From Macrostomum lignano (Eukaryota), in contig NIVC01004721.1 of the NCBI GenBank assembly GCA_002269645.1, positions 1 to 37,037 on the forward strand: a stretch of 37,037 nucleotides of DNA, in the 5' to 3' direction. The translations under genes and the position numbers were made by a program. The notes beneath the pieces are model-generated. The model saw only the letters and a list, made by a program, of their open reading frames with translations, did not search any database and was not told where the DNA came from. Within the stretch, counting starts at the first letter, position 1, and every line of letters begins with the position of its first letter. This document shows, piece after piece, positions 1-11,350 of this stretch.

Positions 1-110
1 GGCAGAGGCAGAGGCAGAAGCAGAGGCAGAGGCAGAGGCAGAGGCAGAGGCAGAGGCAGAGGCAGAGGCAGAGCAGAGCAGATGCAGAGGCAGAGGCAGA
101 GGCAGAGGCA
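1..110. repeat. (GGCAGA)n microsatellite
   Basis: Direct inspection. Confidence 0.95.
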
Positions 111-635
111 AAGGCTATACTAATATTTTTAGAAAAGGCAACAGACAGAACCTGTGCCCTGATTCAACGCAGCAGAAATAACAAATCAATATTGTCCCTA
201 ACTACAGATTATTATGGAATTCTTGCTTGATCGAGCAAATCAGCGTGCGCCTAAAGCAGCTGGCGGTATGCAGAGAAAGTGGAACGGTTTGTTGAGTTGT
301 TGCTGGGAATTGACTGCTATTGTGTTCGCGCAGGCTATACGGGTCTAGCTAGAGTCTGGATGCTGGAGCCCTATTGATGGCGAGAATATAACGGATTGAA
401 AGCACTTTGAGTGGAGAGAATTGCCGTCTCGATAATGAATTATTTAGCAGGCTGAATGAGGACAGAATGTGCTGCAGCCATCTGATAAAAGATAAAATGT
501 GACGCATTCTGACTGCCACACTGAATTTCGATTGAGTTCGTATGAGGTATCGTCAGATAAAATATGGTTTCTGATTTCTGATTAAATCTTAAATCTGCTT
601 GTATCATCTGAATTTTAACGAAATTTAGACTTGAA

Positions 636-1330
636 AGAGAGTAGAGGGTGGAGAGTTGAGAGTAGATCTGAGATTAGAGTAGATACTAGAGTAGAAAGTG
701 GAAAATAGAGTAGAGAATAGACAGTAGACAATTGAGAGTGAAGAGTAGAGATCAGAGTAAAAAGTGGAGAAAAGAGTAGAGTAAAAAGCCGAGAGTAGAG
801 AGTAGACAGTAGACAGTAGAGAGTAGAGAGTAGAGAGTAGAGAGTAGACAGTGGAGAGTAGAGATTTGAGTATAAAGAGAGTAGAGAGTAGTGAGTAGAC
901 AGTAGAGAGTAGAGAGTAGACAGTGGAGAGTAGAGATTTGAGTTTAAAGAAAGTAAAGAGTAGAGAGTAGCGAGTAGAGAGTAGAGAGTAGAGAGTAGAG
1001 AGTAGAGAGAGTAGAGAGTAGAGAGTAGACAGTAGATAGTAGACAGTAGAGAGAAAAGAGTAGATGGTAGACAGTAGAGAGTAGAGATTAGAGAGTAGCG
1101 AGTAGCGAGTAGAGAGTAGAGAGTAGAGAGTAGAGAGTAGAGAGAAAAGAGTAGATGGTAGAGAGTAGAGAGTAGAGAGTAAAGAGTAGACAGTAGACAG
1201 TAGACAGTAGAGAGAAAGGAGTAGATGGTAGAGAGTAGAGAGTAGAGAGTAGAGAGTAGAGAGTAGAGAGTAGAGAGTAGAGAGTAGAGAGTAGAGAGTA
1301 GAGAGTAGAGAGTAGAGAGTAGAGAGTAGA
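636..1330. repeat. (AGAGTAG)n 7-bp purine-rich array
   Basis: Direct inspection; it generates the spurious LYSLLST ORF. Confidence 0.95.
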
Positions 1331-1387
1331 CAACATGCAGAGGAGAGGGTCAGCCAGAGCTAAACATGTCCCAAACCAACCTGCCAG

Positions 1388-1617
1388 AGCCGGGCACCTT
1401 CGAGTTCGTGAACGCCAGCTACCTGTTCAAGGAGAGCTGCGGCCGCGCCACCGTGCCAGTTCGCGGGTGAACGGAGCGGACGGAGTGGCGAAGGTGTGTG
1501 GAAGACCGAGGACCAGACCGCCCCGCCGGCTGCGACTATGAGGCCTCCAGCGGCGAGCTGATTTTCAATCACGGCGAAATTGAAAAGACCATCGAGGTGG
1601 CCATCTATGACGATCAG
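1388..1617 (+). CDS. NCX: Na+/Ca2+ exchanger, internal exon encoding a Calx-beta domain (probably CBD2); contains three 1-nt deletions
   Basis: Acceptor ctgccag at 1381-1387 and donor GTGAG at 1618. Restoring bases near 1465, 1497 and 1523 gives EPGTFEFVNASYLFKESCGRATVPVRxVNGADGVAKVxWKTEDQTAxAGCDYEASSGELIFNHGEIEKTIEVAIYDDQ, a typical Calx-beta sequence. Upstream exons lie outside the window. Confidence 0.85.
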
Positions 1618-1683
1618 GTGAGTTCCGGCTGGCGATGATGCAATCACTGCTTTAGGTGATGGGTCTTTTTCATTATTCTTTCT

Positions 1684-2390
1684 CCCTCCGCCTCTTCCTC
1701 TCATCCTCTCTCTCATTCTCTCACCCTCCATCTCACCCTATCATCCTCCGCCTCGCCCTCTTATCCTCCGTCTCACTCTCTCACCCTTCGACTCACCCTT
1801 TCATCCATCGTCTCACCCTCTCACCCTCCGTCTCACCCTCTCACCCTTCGCCTAACCCTCTCACCCTCCGTCTCACCCTCTCACCCTTCGCCTAACCCTC
1901 TCACCCTCCGTCTCACCCTCTCATCCTCCGTCTCACCCTCTCATCCTCCGTCTCACTCTCTCACACTCCGACTCACCATCTCACCCTCCGTCTCACCCTC
2001 TCACCCTCCGATTCACCCTCTCACCCTCCGTCTCACCTTTTCATTCATTATCTCACCCTCTCATCCATCGTCTCACCCTCTCATCCTCCGTCTCACTCTC
2101 TCACCCTCCGACTCACCCTTTCATTCATTATCTCACCCTCTCATCCTCTCTCTCACCCTCTCATCCTCTCTCTCACCCTCTCACCCTCCATCTCACCCTA
2201 TCATCCTCCGCCTCGCCCTCTCATCCTCTCTTTCACCCTCTCCCTCCATCTGACCCTATCGTCCTCCGCCTCGCCCTCTTATCCTCCGTCTCACCCTCTC
2301 ATCCATAGTCTCACCCTCTCACCCTCCGTCTCACCCTCTCACCCTCCGTCTCACCCTCTCATCCTCCGTCTCACCCTCTCAATTTCTCTC
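1684..2390. repeat. About 20-bp pyrimidine-rich array (tcaccctccgtctcaccctc)
   Basis: Direct inspection; NCX intron. A related degenerate tract occurs at about 4300-4545. Confidence 0.9.
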
Positions 2391-2866
2391 CTTCCAGAAA
2401 CACTGTTTAAGTAATTTTTTAACGTTAACATCATGATATTGCAGTACGAGCGTACTGTCCTTGAACATATATTTATATACGAGCGTAGCAATGTAAAGTC
2501 AGCTCCTTGTCAGTAGGCTTACTGGTATAATCCAAACGTCAACTAACTTTGATAGAAGGCTTACTTCAATACCGATATATCAGTTGGCAAAGGCAAAGAA
2601 CTGTCTCACAACAATAGAAGCAATATTATTGTTATTCCTATTTTTATAACAAGAAGCGATAAGAGACGCTGGTGAAGCAGTCAAGCGAGCATGCAGGCAG
2701 GCAGGCAGGAAGTGCACTCACTATAAGAGAGATTTTTCATTCAGTGCTTCTACGACTGTAGCCAATATTAAAATCGATAAGCTAACAATCTATTGTAGAA
2801 AACACACGCGTAGCTACCCTCAGTTCCTGACATCGGTCAACATGTACTTTATTTATTTCAAAACAG

Positions 2867-2972
2867 AACAAGGAGAAGGACGAGCACTTCAAGCTGCTGC
2901 TGACCGAGTGCAGCGAGGGCGCCAAGCTGGGCCAGACAAGCGCCACCATCATCACCATTGTGGATGACGACG
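2867..2972 (+). CDS. NCX: NCX exon, end of the Calx-beta domain
   Basis: tttcaaaacag acceptor and GTAGG donor. Translates NKEKDEHFKLLLTECSEGAKLGQTSATIITIVDDD; phase 0 in and phase 1 out match the neighbouring exons. Confidence 0.9.
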
Positions 2973-3103
2973 GTAGGGCGTCGGGGTTAAGAATGCGAAA
3001 TGAGTGTCCGGGGATAAGAGCTGAATATTGGGAAATGGGTTCAATGAATTAGGAATGTTTGTTTCAAGATTAGAAACAAAAGTGAATGTTAGATAATCGG
3101 ATA

Positions 3104-3785
3104 GGATGTCAGGAGATCAATTGGGATATCAGGAGATCAATTTGGATGTCAGGAGATCAATCGGGATGTCAGAATATCAATAATGATGTCAGAAGATCAA
3201 TCGGGATGTCAGGAGATCAATCGGGATGTCAGGAGATCAATCGGGATGTCAGGAGATCAATCGGATGTCAGAAGATCAATCAATACATCAATTGGGATGT
3301 CAGGAGATCCGTCGGGATGTCAGGAGATAAATCGGGATGTCAGGAGATCAATCAAGATGTCAGAGGATCAATTAAAATGCCAAGAAATCAGTCGGGGTGT
3401 CAGGAGATCAATCCGGATGTTAAGAGATCAATTGAGATGTCAGGAGATCAATCGGGATGTCAGAATATCAATCATGATGTCAGAAGATCAATCGGGATGT
3501 CAATACATCAATCGGGATGTCAGAAGCTCAATCGGGATGTCAATACATCAATTGGGATGTCAGGAGATCCATCGGGATGTCAAGAGATCAATCGGGATGT
3601 TAGGAGATCAATTGGGATGTCAGGAGATCAATCGGGATGTCAGGAGATCAATCGGGATGTCAGGAGATCAATTTGAATGTCAGAGGATCAATCGGGATGT
3701 CAGAAGATCGATCAGGATGTCAGGAGATCAATCGGGATGTCAAAGAATCAATTGGGACGTCAGAGGATCAATGTCTGATGTCAGA
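3104..3785. repeat. 20-bp minisatellite (gatgtcaggagatcaatcgg)
   Basis: Direct inspection; NCX intron, ending about 30 nt before the acceptor. Confidence 0.93.
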
Positions 3786-3813
3786 CAACCCATCCAATAT
3801 CCGAATCCCGCAG

Positions 3814-3992
3814 AGTTCAACGGGTTCATCAGCCGCCTGGCTCACACCGCCAACGTAGACCTGGACGCCATCCGGGTGGACAGGAACACCTACGCGGACC
3901 AGTTCCGGCAGGCAATGAACGTCAATGGCGGCGACATTGAGAACGCCACGGCCATAGACTATGTGATGCACTTCTTCACCTTCGGCTGGAAG
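3814..3992 (+). CDS. NCX: NCX exon, end of the cytoplasmic loop into the next membrane segment
   Basis: cccgcag acceptor and GTGCG donor. Translates EFNGFISRLAHTANVDLDAIRVDRNTYADQFRQAMNVNGGDIENATAIDYVMHFFTFGWK; DYVMHF.T..WK is an NCX signature. Confidence 0.93.
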
Positions 3993-4822
3993 GTGCGGTA
4001 TAAAATGGGGATGAGGGGAGCGGGCAGGACTTTGCTGACTGCAGTTCTTCTAGCAACCTTGTTTAATCGATAAGTTAGTCGAGAACCTGAGCAGTTGAGA
4101 TCGCGTAAATTTTACTTAGGGTTTTTGTTAATCTATGAGCTTCAATTGGACAAGGAAAAAATAACATTTACTGCACTTTTAATGTAAAATTAGATGCGAA
4201 TGGGTGACCACTGGCGGTTTGCAATCCAAAATGGATTCCATCATGACCTCAAAACACTCTCGCTTATCCATACTCTTCATTCACTTTCACTAGCTCTCTC
4301 CATCCCACTCTCCCATTTTATCCCTACCTCTTACCCCAACTCTCTCTCTACCCCTCTCACTCTCCGTCTCACCCTCTGACCCCCCACTCACTCACCCTCA
4401 CTCTCTCTCCCTGTTACTCTCCATCTCTTTCTTTCATTCTCCATCTGTCTCCCTCTCACCTTCCATCTCTCTCCTTCTCACTATTCATCTTTCTCTCCCT
4501 CTCACCCCACTCTCTCACTCCGCCCTCTCTCTTTCTCTCTCTTTGTCTCTAAAAGTACATTCTCCAATCGATGGTAATTCATCTTCTCAATTTCCCTCCC
4601 CCCCCCTTAGCAACATGTACAGATTTAAGTTTGCATTGGCGCAAAAATCATGCAGAGTCATGCACTCAGCTGCCTGCACTGTCGCAGCTGGCAAAATTGG
4701 CATTGCCTGTTTATTTACACACCTGGTTCCGTACAATTAGTAAGGCTGAAATGCCAAAATGTGCCCCATGTTAGGGAATTGCATTTCGTTTTTCCACTAG
4801 ACTGGTAAGCGGAAATAGGCGG

Positions 4823-5577
4823 CAGACACTAATGCAGACACTAGGAGAGACTCTAGGACAGACACTTGGACAGACACTAGGACAGACTCTAGGACAGACA
4901 CTAGGACAGACTCTAGGACAGACACTAGGACAGGCACTAGGACAGACACTAAGCCAGAAACTAGGACAGACACTAGGACAGACACTAGGACAGACACTAG
5001 GAGAGACTCTAGGACAGACACTTGGACAGACACTAGGACAGACACTTGGACAGACACTAGGACAGACACTAGGAGAGACTCTAGGACAGACACTAGGACA
5101 GACACTAGGACAGACACTAGGACAGACTCTAGGACAGACACTAGGAGAGACTCTAGGACAGACACTAGGACAGACACTAGGACAGACTCTAGGACAGACA
5201 CTAGGACAGGCACTAGGACAGACACTAAGCCAGAAACTAGGACAGACACTAGGACAGACACTAGGACAGACACTAGGAGAGACTCTAGGACAGACACTTG
5301 GACAGACACTAGGACAGACACTTGGACAGACACTAGGACAGACACTAGGAGAGACTCTAGGACAGACACTAGGACAGACACTAGGACAGACACTAGGACA
5401 GACTCTAGGACAGACACTAGGAGAGACTCTAGGACAGACACTAGGACAGACACTAGGACAGACTCTAGGACAGACACTAGGACAGACTCCAGGACAGACA
5501 CTAGGACAGACACTAGGACAGACACTAGGACAGACTCTAGGACAGACACTAGGACAGACACTAGGACAGACACCAGG
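4823..5577. repeat. 12-bp minisatellite (aggacagacact) with 276-bp higher-order duplication
   Basis: About 62 units; the variant block caggcact...aagccagaaa recurs at 4931 and 5207. Confidence 0.95.
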
Positions 5578-5621
5578 ATTCCATGATTAGAGCATCCACC
5601 TGAGCCATCGTCATTCCGCAG

Positions 5622-5951
5622 ATAATATTCGCAGTGATCCCGCCACCCAGCATCTGGGGCGGCTGGCTCTGCTTCTTTGTCTCGCTGGCCATGATCGGCA
5701 TGCTCACCGCCATCATCGGCGATTTGGCGTCGATCTTCGGTTGCCTGGTCGGCCTGAAAGACTCGGTGACCGCCATAACCTTCGTTGCGTTGGGCACCTC
5801 TCTGCCGGATCTCTTCGCCAGCAAGCAGGCCGCCACGGCAGACGACTCCGCTGACAACGCGGTTGGCAACGTAACTGGCAGCAACTCGGTGAACGTTTTC
5901 CTGGGCCTCGGGCTGCCCTGGATGATTGCCGCTATTTACCACACTGCCAAG
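5622..5951 (+). CDS. NCX: NCX exon with the alpha-2 repeat
   Basis: ttccgcag acceptor and GTAAAC donor, 110 codons. IIFAVIPPPSIWGGWLCF...TAITFVALGTSLPDLFASK...NAVGNVTGSNSVNVFLGLGLPW contains the SLC8 alpha-2 motifs. Confidence 0.96.
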
Positions 5952-6090
5952 GTAAACAGCCACATGCTGGGATGCTTGATGGTAGCAAATGGGTTTGCGA
6001 CACCCGAGCACGCGCTCACACAGAGCACGGTTGTACGAGCGGGTCCGACTTTCTCAGAGTCAGGCAAAGTACATTCATAAACATTTTAAT

Positions 6091-6659
6091 CAGGGGCGTC
6101 GCCACCGGGGGGACAGGGGGACATGTCCCCCCAGTAAAAGCTTTGTCCCCCTCCACCTCGTGAACTCGTTATGGAAATCAATAATTTTGCATCAGGGTGA
6201 CAAAACATAGTGCCTGCGGCGCCAAAATGAGTGCCTGCCTGCGGCGCGAAAATGAGTGCCTGCCTGCGGCGCGAAAATGAGTGCCTGCGGCGCCAAAATG
6301 AGTGCCTGCCTGCGGCGCCAAAATGAGTGCCTGCCTGCGGCGCGAAAATGAGTGCCTGCGGCGCCAAAATGAGTGCCTGCCTGCGGCGCCAAAATGAGTG
6401 CCTGCCTGCGGCGCCAAAATGAGTGCTTGCGGCGCCAAAATGAGTGCCTGCGACGCCAAAATGAGTGCTTGCGGTGCCAAAATGAGTGCCTGCGACGCCA
6501 AAATGAGTGCTTACGGCGCCAAAATGAGTGCCTGCGGCGCCAAAATGAAACACCGAACACAGATTCTGAAAATAATGTATATGTAGGAATTTAGTCATGT
6601 ACATGTAGAATTCTTGGCTTTGTCCCCCCCCCACCATAAAATCCATGGCGACGTCCCTG
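6091..6659. mobile_element. MITE-like element with terminal inverted repeats and an internal minisatellite, in NCX intron 4 of the window
   Basis: CAGGGGCGTCGCCA at 6091-6104 and TGGCGACGTCCCTG at 6646-6659 (1 mismatch), with AT on both flanks. A 16-bp palindrome GGGGGACATGTCCCCC at 6116-6131 and gctttgtcccc repeated near both ends. No transposase. Confidence 0.7.
6211..6548. repeat. 21/25-bp minisatellite (tgcctgcggcgccaaaatgag) inside the MITE
   Basis: Direct inspection. Confidence 0.93.
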
Positions 6660-8010
6660 ATTTCATTTCATAGACCTTCATAAACATTGTGAATCCAGTT
6701 GATTCCAATTAGCTAAAAAGCTGACAAATTGATGCAATAAAGATTATGCTTCGTTTCGTGACTGGATTGAATGAAAACCCCTCCCTAGTTAGTTCGGATG
6801 AATTCAGCGAGAATTTTATGTGCCAAATTAAATTAAATTGACGTCGAGCGGCAGCGACATCAAGTTAAAAATGAACAAGTTTCTGAACACGCGCTGGAGG
6901 TCCCAAAAGGTATTTGGGCTACAAGGCATGTATCACAGTTTACGACATGTGGCTAAGACAGTGGACAGTCAAAGATTACAACGCTAAAAGTAGCAGTACG
7001 TACAGTCTGTCACTAAAATTCTGCATCGTTGACCTTGGATACCGTCGCTATGGGAGATGAATTTCACGGGATTTTAGCCTGTGGTTGCGAAGCCTGTGTT
7101 TAATAAGACCCGGGTCTCAGGTCTTCGTCTACTCGTATGAGATGAATTGAAGCTGTGTCGCACCTGGCTACAGATGCCTCCTGTCCCGTTGTCAATGGCA
7201 ACCGTAGCGTCTGTTCCGGTTTGTGGCGGGCTAGGACAGCCTGTCTGTGTGTTAGGCTGCTGAGCTGAGTGAATTATTAATGCAAATTGAGGGCTGCTAA
7301 CTTTGGACTCACTGGGGAGACCCTTGGAGACGGTAAGACTCGTGAATCAGCGATGAAGCAGCCTCATTTCTTATACGGTGTGTAAAAAAAGTATTCAAAG
7401 GTATACACGCTCAACTGTGAGTAGATAATTTCTCCATAGTTTCGCTTATCAAAGCCTCAAAAGTTGGCAAACCTCAACTGCTGCAGTGCCGACGGAGGTG
7501 TCGACGGAGTCGGTGTGATGACAGGGCCGGAATACTTGAGAGTTGAGGCTTGCCTATAGTCACCTGGTGCCACCGGTTGAAGGTCCAGAAGCTCTGCCTG
7601 GGTAAAGACCAGTGATAAACGAAGTCAGAGCTGATGCAGACACATGTGGTCGACATGCCGATGAAATTTGGAGGCTTGGCAAGGCTGCACTAAAGCGCAG
7701 TGCTGATTGGCGCACAGGAGTGACAGAAGTGTTGCAAATCTCGACGGTCTAGAGGGCTGGAGACTTGATTATTGTTTGAGAAGGTTAAAATGTTAGTCTG
7801 TGTTCTTAAATTTTGTGCGTCAGGGTTGGATCTCCCGATATTAATAAAAACTGAAAATAAAAAACCCAACAGCAGCCAGTGATGAATCTAAGAATTTTCG
7901 TCAGGCATGTACACTCTCTAGGCCTTGTTGGGGGTTGTCTTTCATGGCCGACTGCGTCCATTTATCCATTAATTGCATACTCGCCCAACTAATTCCTTCC
8001 CCAACACCAG

Positions 8011-8253
8011 GGTGGCAGCTTCAACGTGCCCGCAGGTGACTTGGTGTTCTCCGTCATCCTGTACACCGTGTGCTCCATGCTGGCCATTGTGCTGCTCATA
8101 CTGCGCCGCTTCGTGAAGCCGTTCGGCTGCAGCGAGTTGGGTGGCAACCGGACACTGAAGTTCGTGTCCGGCGGCTTTCTCTGCACCCTGTGGCTGTTCT
8201 ACATTGTCATGTCCGCGCTCAAGGCCTACGGAGTTATCGTGGCGAATTTCTAA
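8011..8253 (+). CDS. NCX: NCX terminal exon (last two TM helices, stop codon)
   Basis: ccaacaccag acceptor. Translates GGSFNVPAGDLVFSVILYTVCSMLAIVLLILRR...ELGG...LWLFYIVMSALKAYG..., ending at TAA. Confidence 0.94.
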   Translation, partial: GGSFNVPAGDLVFSVILYTVCSMLAIVLLILRRFVKPFGCSELGGNRTLKFVSGGFLCTLWLFYIVMSALKAYGVIVANF

Positions 8254-8518
8254 TCAAAACCGGGTGGAGCCAGGCTCGGGATCAGCAGATTTTGACTCGA
8301 AAACAGAATGAAAACACATTTTAAAGATATTTAAAACTTAGCTTGACTCGTATTATTTAAAAAAAAATTATTCGCTTTTAGAGTCATGCATCTCCGTAAC
8401 AAGTCATTATGACGGCCTTATATAATTGTTGTAATGAAATGACAGGTTTAAAATTTTAAAAGTTCTTGCTAGGCTTGGATGGAGCGAGTATTGCTTTCAT
8501 CAATATTGTTAATTCTAT

Positions 8519-8640
8519 CATTATTGTTATTATATTAGCTGTTATTATTATTATATTATTATTATTATTATTATTATTACTATTATTATTGACAAATACT
8601 AATATTATATATTACTCGCTACTATTTTATGCTATTATTT
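8519..8640. repeat. (TTA)n microsatellite in the putative NCX 3' UTR
   Basis: Direct inspection. Confidence 0.85.
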
Positions 8641-9215
8641 TCATTACATTTTCTTTATTTAAAAGTTTACTGTTTGGCTCGCTTATCAGCTGCTTTAGAA
8701 TTCTCCTGGATGGCGTATCGCTTATTTTTAATTAAACTAGTTTATATATTGCGAACGAATATATTCACCACCTGCCTACTGATAGTAGTAAAAATCTATT
8801 TGCTTTTAAGCAGATTTTTTTAAAAAAGTGCACAAAATATTTTCTAAACTATAAACAAAAATTGAAGTTCAACATGCTTACCTTGAAGCTACTGCCTTTG
8901 TTATAATCAGATTTTGTTTTGCTATTGCTTTTTATTATTATTTACTTTATAATTTTGTTGAATCATGATTTTTATTGGCTTCTTATCTGACCTTGACTTC
9001 TCTGGTTCCGCATATATTATTTTATAAATGGCAGTTCGTTCATGAGATACTTAGCTCTTCAGACCGCGCGCGTAACATATTTTAAAACTTTTAAATATTT
9101 TGTCAAATTTAAACAAAAAGTACTAAAATCAGGCAAACTAAACCCAAGCTTCTATAATCTGTGTCAGTTTAATAAATCTGAACTTGAAAAGATTTTTTAC
9201 TTTCTGTCAGTAAAT

Positions 9216-9233
9216 AATAAACAAGTTAATAAA
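9216..9233 (+). terminator. Candidate polyadenylation signals for NCX
   Basis: Two AATAAA hexamers (9216 and 9228) in an AT-rich putative 3' UTR, followed by T-rich sequence. Confidence 0.3.
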
Positions 9234-9477
9234 AGCTTTTGCTAAATTGTTTAACAAAAACTAATATATATATTTTGTCATTTTTCCGTCTCGTAATTTT
9301 TTTAACCAGGTTACGTAAATCCCATCACTTGATATCTTTTTATTGAAGGGTTGGATCTAATGTAAATTGGACGTCTGCCTCAAATGGGCCACTATGGGAA
9401 TTATTCCAACTAATGGGAATTTCCCAATTTCTGATTCAGAGCCATGAGTGCCAATCCCAAAGGTACAGAGACGGCGA

Positions 9478-9599
9478 TTAGAAATCAGGGGCCGCTGATG
9501 TGTACATCCAGTAACATCCTGTGTGAACATCAGCGCTGGTTGCGTGACGATGTAGCCGACGAAGGTGTTGCACAAAGGTTCGCACATCCCACAAGCAAA
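9478..9599 (-). pseudogene. hb: Disconnected Hunchback-type terminal zinc finger with a 1-nt frameshift
   Basis: FACGMCEPLCNTFVGYIV, then with one C restored at 9546, HATSADVH. It parallels the last Hb finger pattern FxCxMCxxxCxxxVGxxVH...H. No AG acceptor is visible directly upstream. Confidence 0.55.
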
Positions 9600-10087
9600 T
9601 TTTAATAGAATTTATGGGCATTAAAAATGCTTTTATATTTGAGCCAGAAAATTGTGAGAACAACATGCAAATCACTGAAAACAATTCGACTGAGCTGATG
9701 TTAAGAGGCTAAATTTTTGTTTCTAAGAAAGGCATTGCCTGCCTTGTACATGCAGCTCGTAACCAAGACAATTGATAAAATATTGGTAGTGTCATTAATG
9801 TAATAATACATGTAGAGCATGGTTTCCGAGGTCTTTAATGCTATGGCTCTCTATGCTATGCTATGGGAAATCCCAGGGGCGCAAAAGACCGCTTTCAATA
9901 CTAAAAATCAATGAGCGTTAATGAGATTTCCTAAATTGTGGTATAGCAATAGGATCCTTCTTAAATGTTGGTTATTGCGTGTATCAATGCATATGGCACT
10001 GTATTCATAACTGATAAGATGCTGAATATTTATCAGACTTCTTTTAACAGAATCAATTTGTTTGAGTGTTTATCAGCTTTTATTTAA

Positions 10088-10378
10088 TTCTTCATCAGAA
10101 AGTTCATTTGATTCTTAATCAAACATTTCATTAGATTCTTCAACACACAGACTTTCATTTGATTCTTCATCAGACAGTTCATTTGATTCTTCATCAGACA
10201 GTTCATTTGACTCTTCATCAAACATTTCATTAGATTCTTCAACACACAGACTTTCATTTGATTCTTCATCAGACAGTTCATTTGATTCTTCATCAGGCAG
10301 TTCATTTGATTCTTCATCAGGCAGTTCATTTGATTCTTCATCAGACAGTTCATTTGATTCTTCATCAGGCAGTTCATT
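10088..10378. repeat. 24-bp minisatellite (cagttcatttgattcttcatcagg/a)
   Basis: About 11 units with longer variants; reads (P/S)DEESNEL in one minus-strand frame. Confidence 0.9.
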
Positions 10379-10469
10379 AGATAATCAATACATTCCGAGA
10401 GCAGGCAGTATGTTCCCCCCGAAACTATTAATTTCCCAGAGATGCAGCTTCTCACTCAGCGATGCTTCA

Positions 10470-10927
10470 TCAACTCTCAGTATTTGGTTTCCCAGCTGCC
10501 GCTGAGGCGGCCGCCACAGCTGCAGCGGCGGCAGCGGCAGCTCCGATCAGCCGCCAGAACTCGACAATCTCTTGGCCCAGCTGCTGCTGCTGCTGCTGCT
10601 GCTGCTCCTGAAGCTGCTCCGTTGGCTTCATCATCAGAGGTGGTCCGTGACCTCGTTTCTTGAGATGACTGAGCAGCGAGTGCCGGTATTTAGTAGCGTA
10701 GCCGCAGTCTCGGCAGGTGAACTGCCTCTGAGTTGAATGCGACCTCTTGTGCGAATTCAGCATGCTGCGGTTCACGCACCTGTAGTTGCACTCGTCGCAG
10801 GCGAACGGCTTCTGGTTGCTATGGTTACGCTCAGGTGATGCCGGTGCTCGGTGACGAACTCGCAGCTGGGGCACTGCAGAGTTCGCTCCGGCCGCATGTG
10901 GCTGCGCGAGTGACGCCACAACTCCGT
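10470..10927 (-). pseudogene. hb: hunchback-like zinc fingers 1(half) to 4, with a frame-disrupting deletion at about 10830; real lesion or assembly error
   Basis: [32 protein letters not shown], then a frame break, then [61 protein letters not shown]. This closely parallels the Hunchback central cluster (CVNKSMLNSH, YATKYCHS). The expected EYH residues of finger 2 are missing. Confidence 0.85.
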
Positions 10928-11054
10928 CTTGGCAGAGGGTTCGGGATTTGGTTGAGATTAATTTAAATGAGAGATGCGGGGTTGGAGATGAAGGACCGTG
11001 AGATGAAGGACTGTGAGAAGGCAGGTAGAAGATCGCAGACAGACCCTATATTTG

Positions 11055-11350
11055 CACCCTGTCAATCAAGACATTCCCAGAGCATTCACACCACCCTGTC
11101 AATCAAGACATTCCCAGAGCATTCATACCACTCTGTCAATCAAGACATTCCCAGAGCATTCACACCACCCTGTCAATAAAGACATTCCCAGAGCATTCAC
11201 ACCACCCTGTCAATCAAGACATTCCCAGAGCATTCACACCACCCTGTCAATCAAGACATTCCCAGAGCATTCACACCACCCTGTCAATCAAGACATTCCC
11301 AGAGCATTCACACCACCCTGTCAATCAAGACATTCCCAGAGCATTCATAC
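11055..11350. repeat. 37-bp minisatellite, 8 units, in the hb intron
   Basis: Unit accctgtcaatcaagacattcccagagcattcacacc; it abuts the donor at 11350. Confidence 0.93.

Noticed and set aside
2442-2490. Small hairpin CAGTAC-GAGC-GTACTG and a recurring tacgagcgta motif (also near 13473), possibly a Helitron-type end
   Set aside because: Only a 6-bp stem, with no properly spaced CTRR terminus or matching 5' end.
7474-7700. Minus-strand peptide SKFHRHVDHM resembling the end of a Gypsy integrase
   Set aside because: A single short motif with stops nearby and no other retroelement domain; insufficient support.
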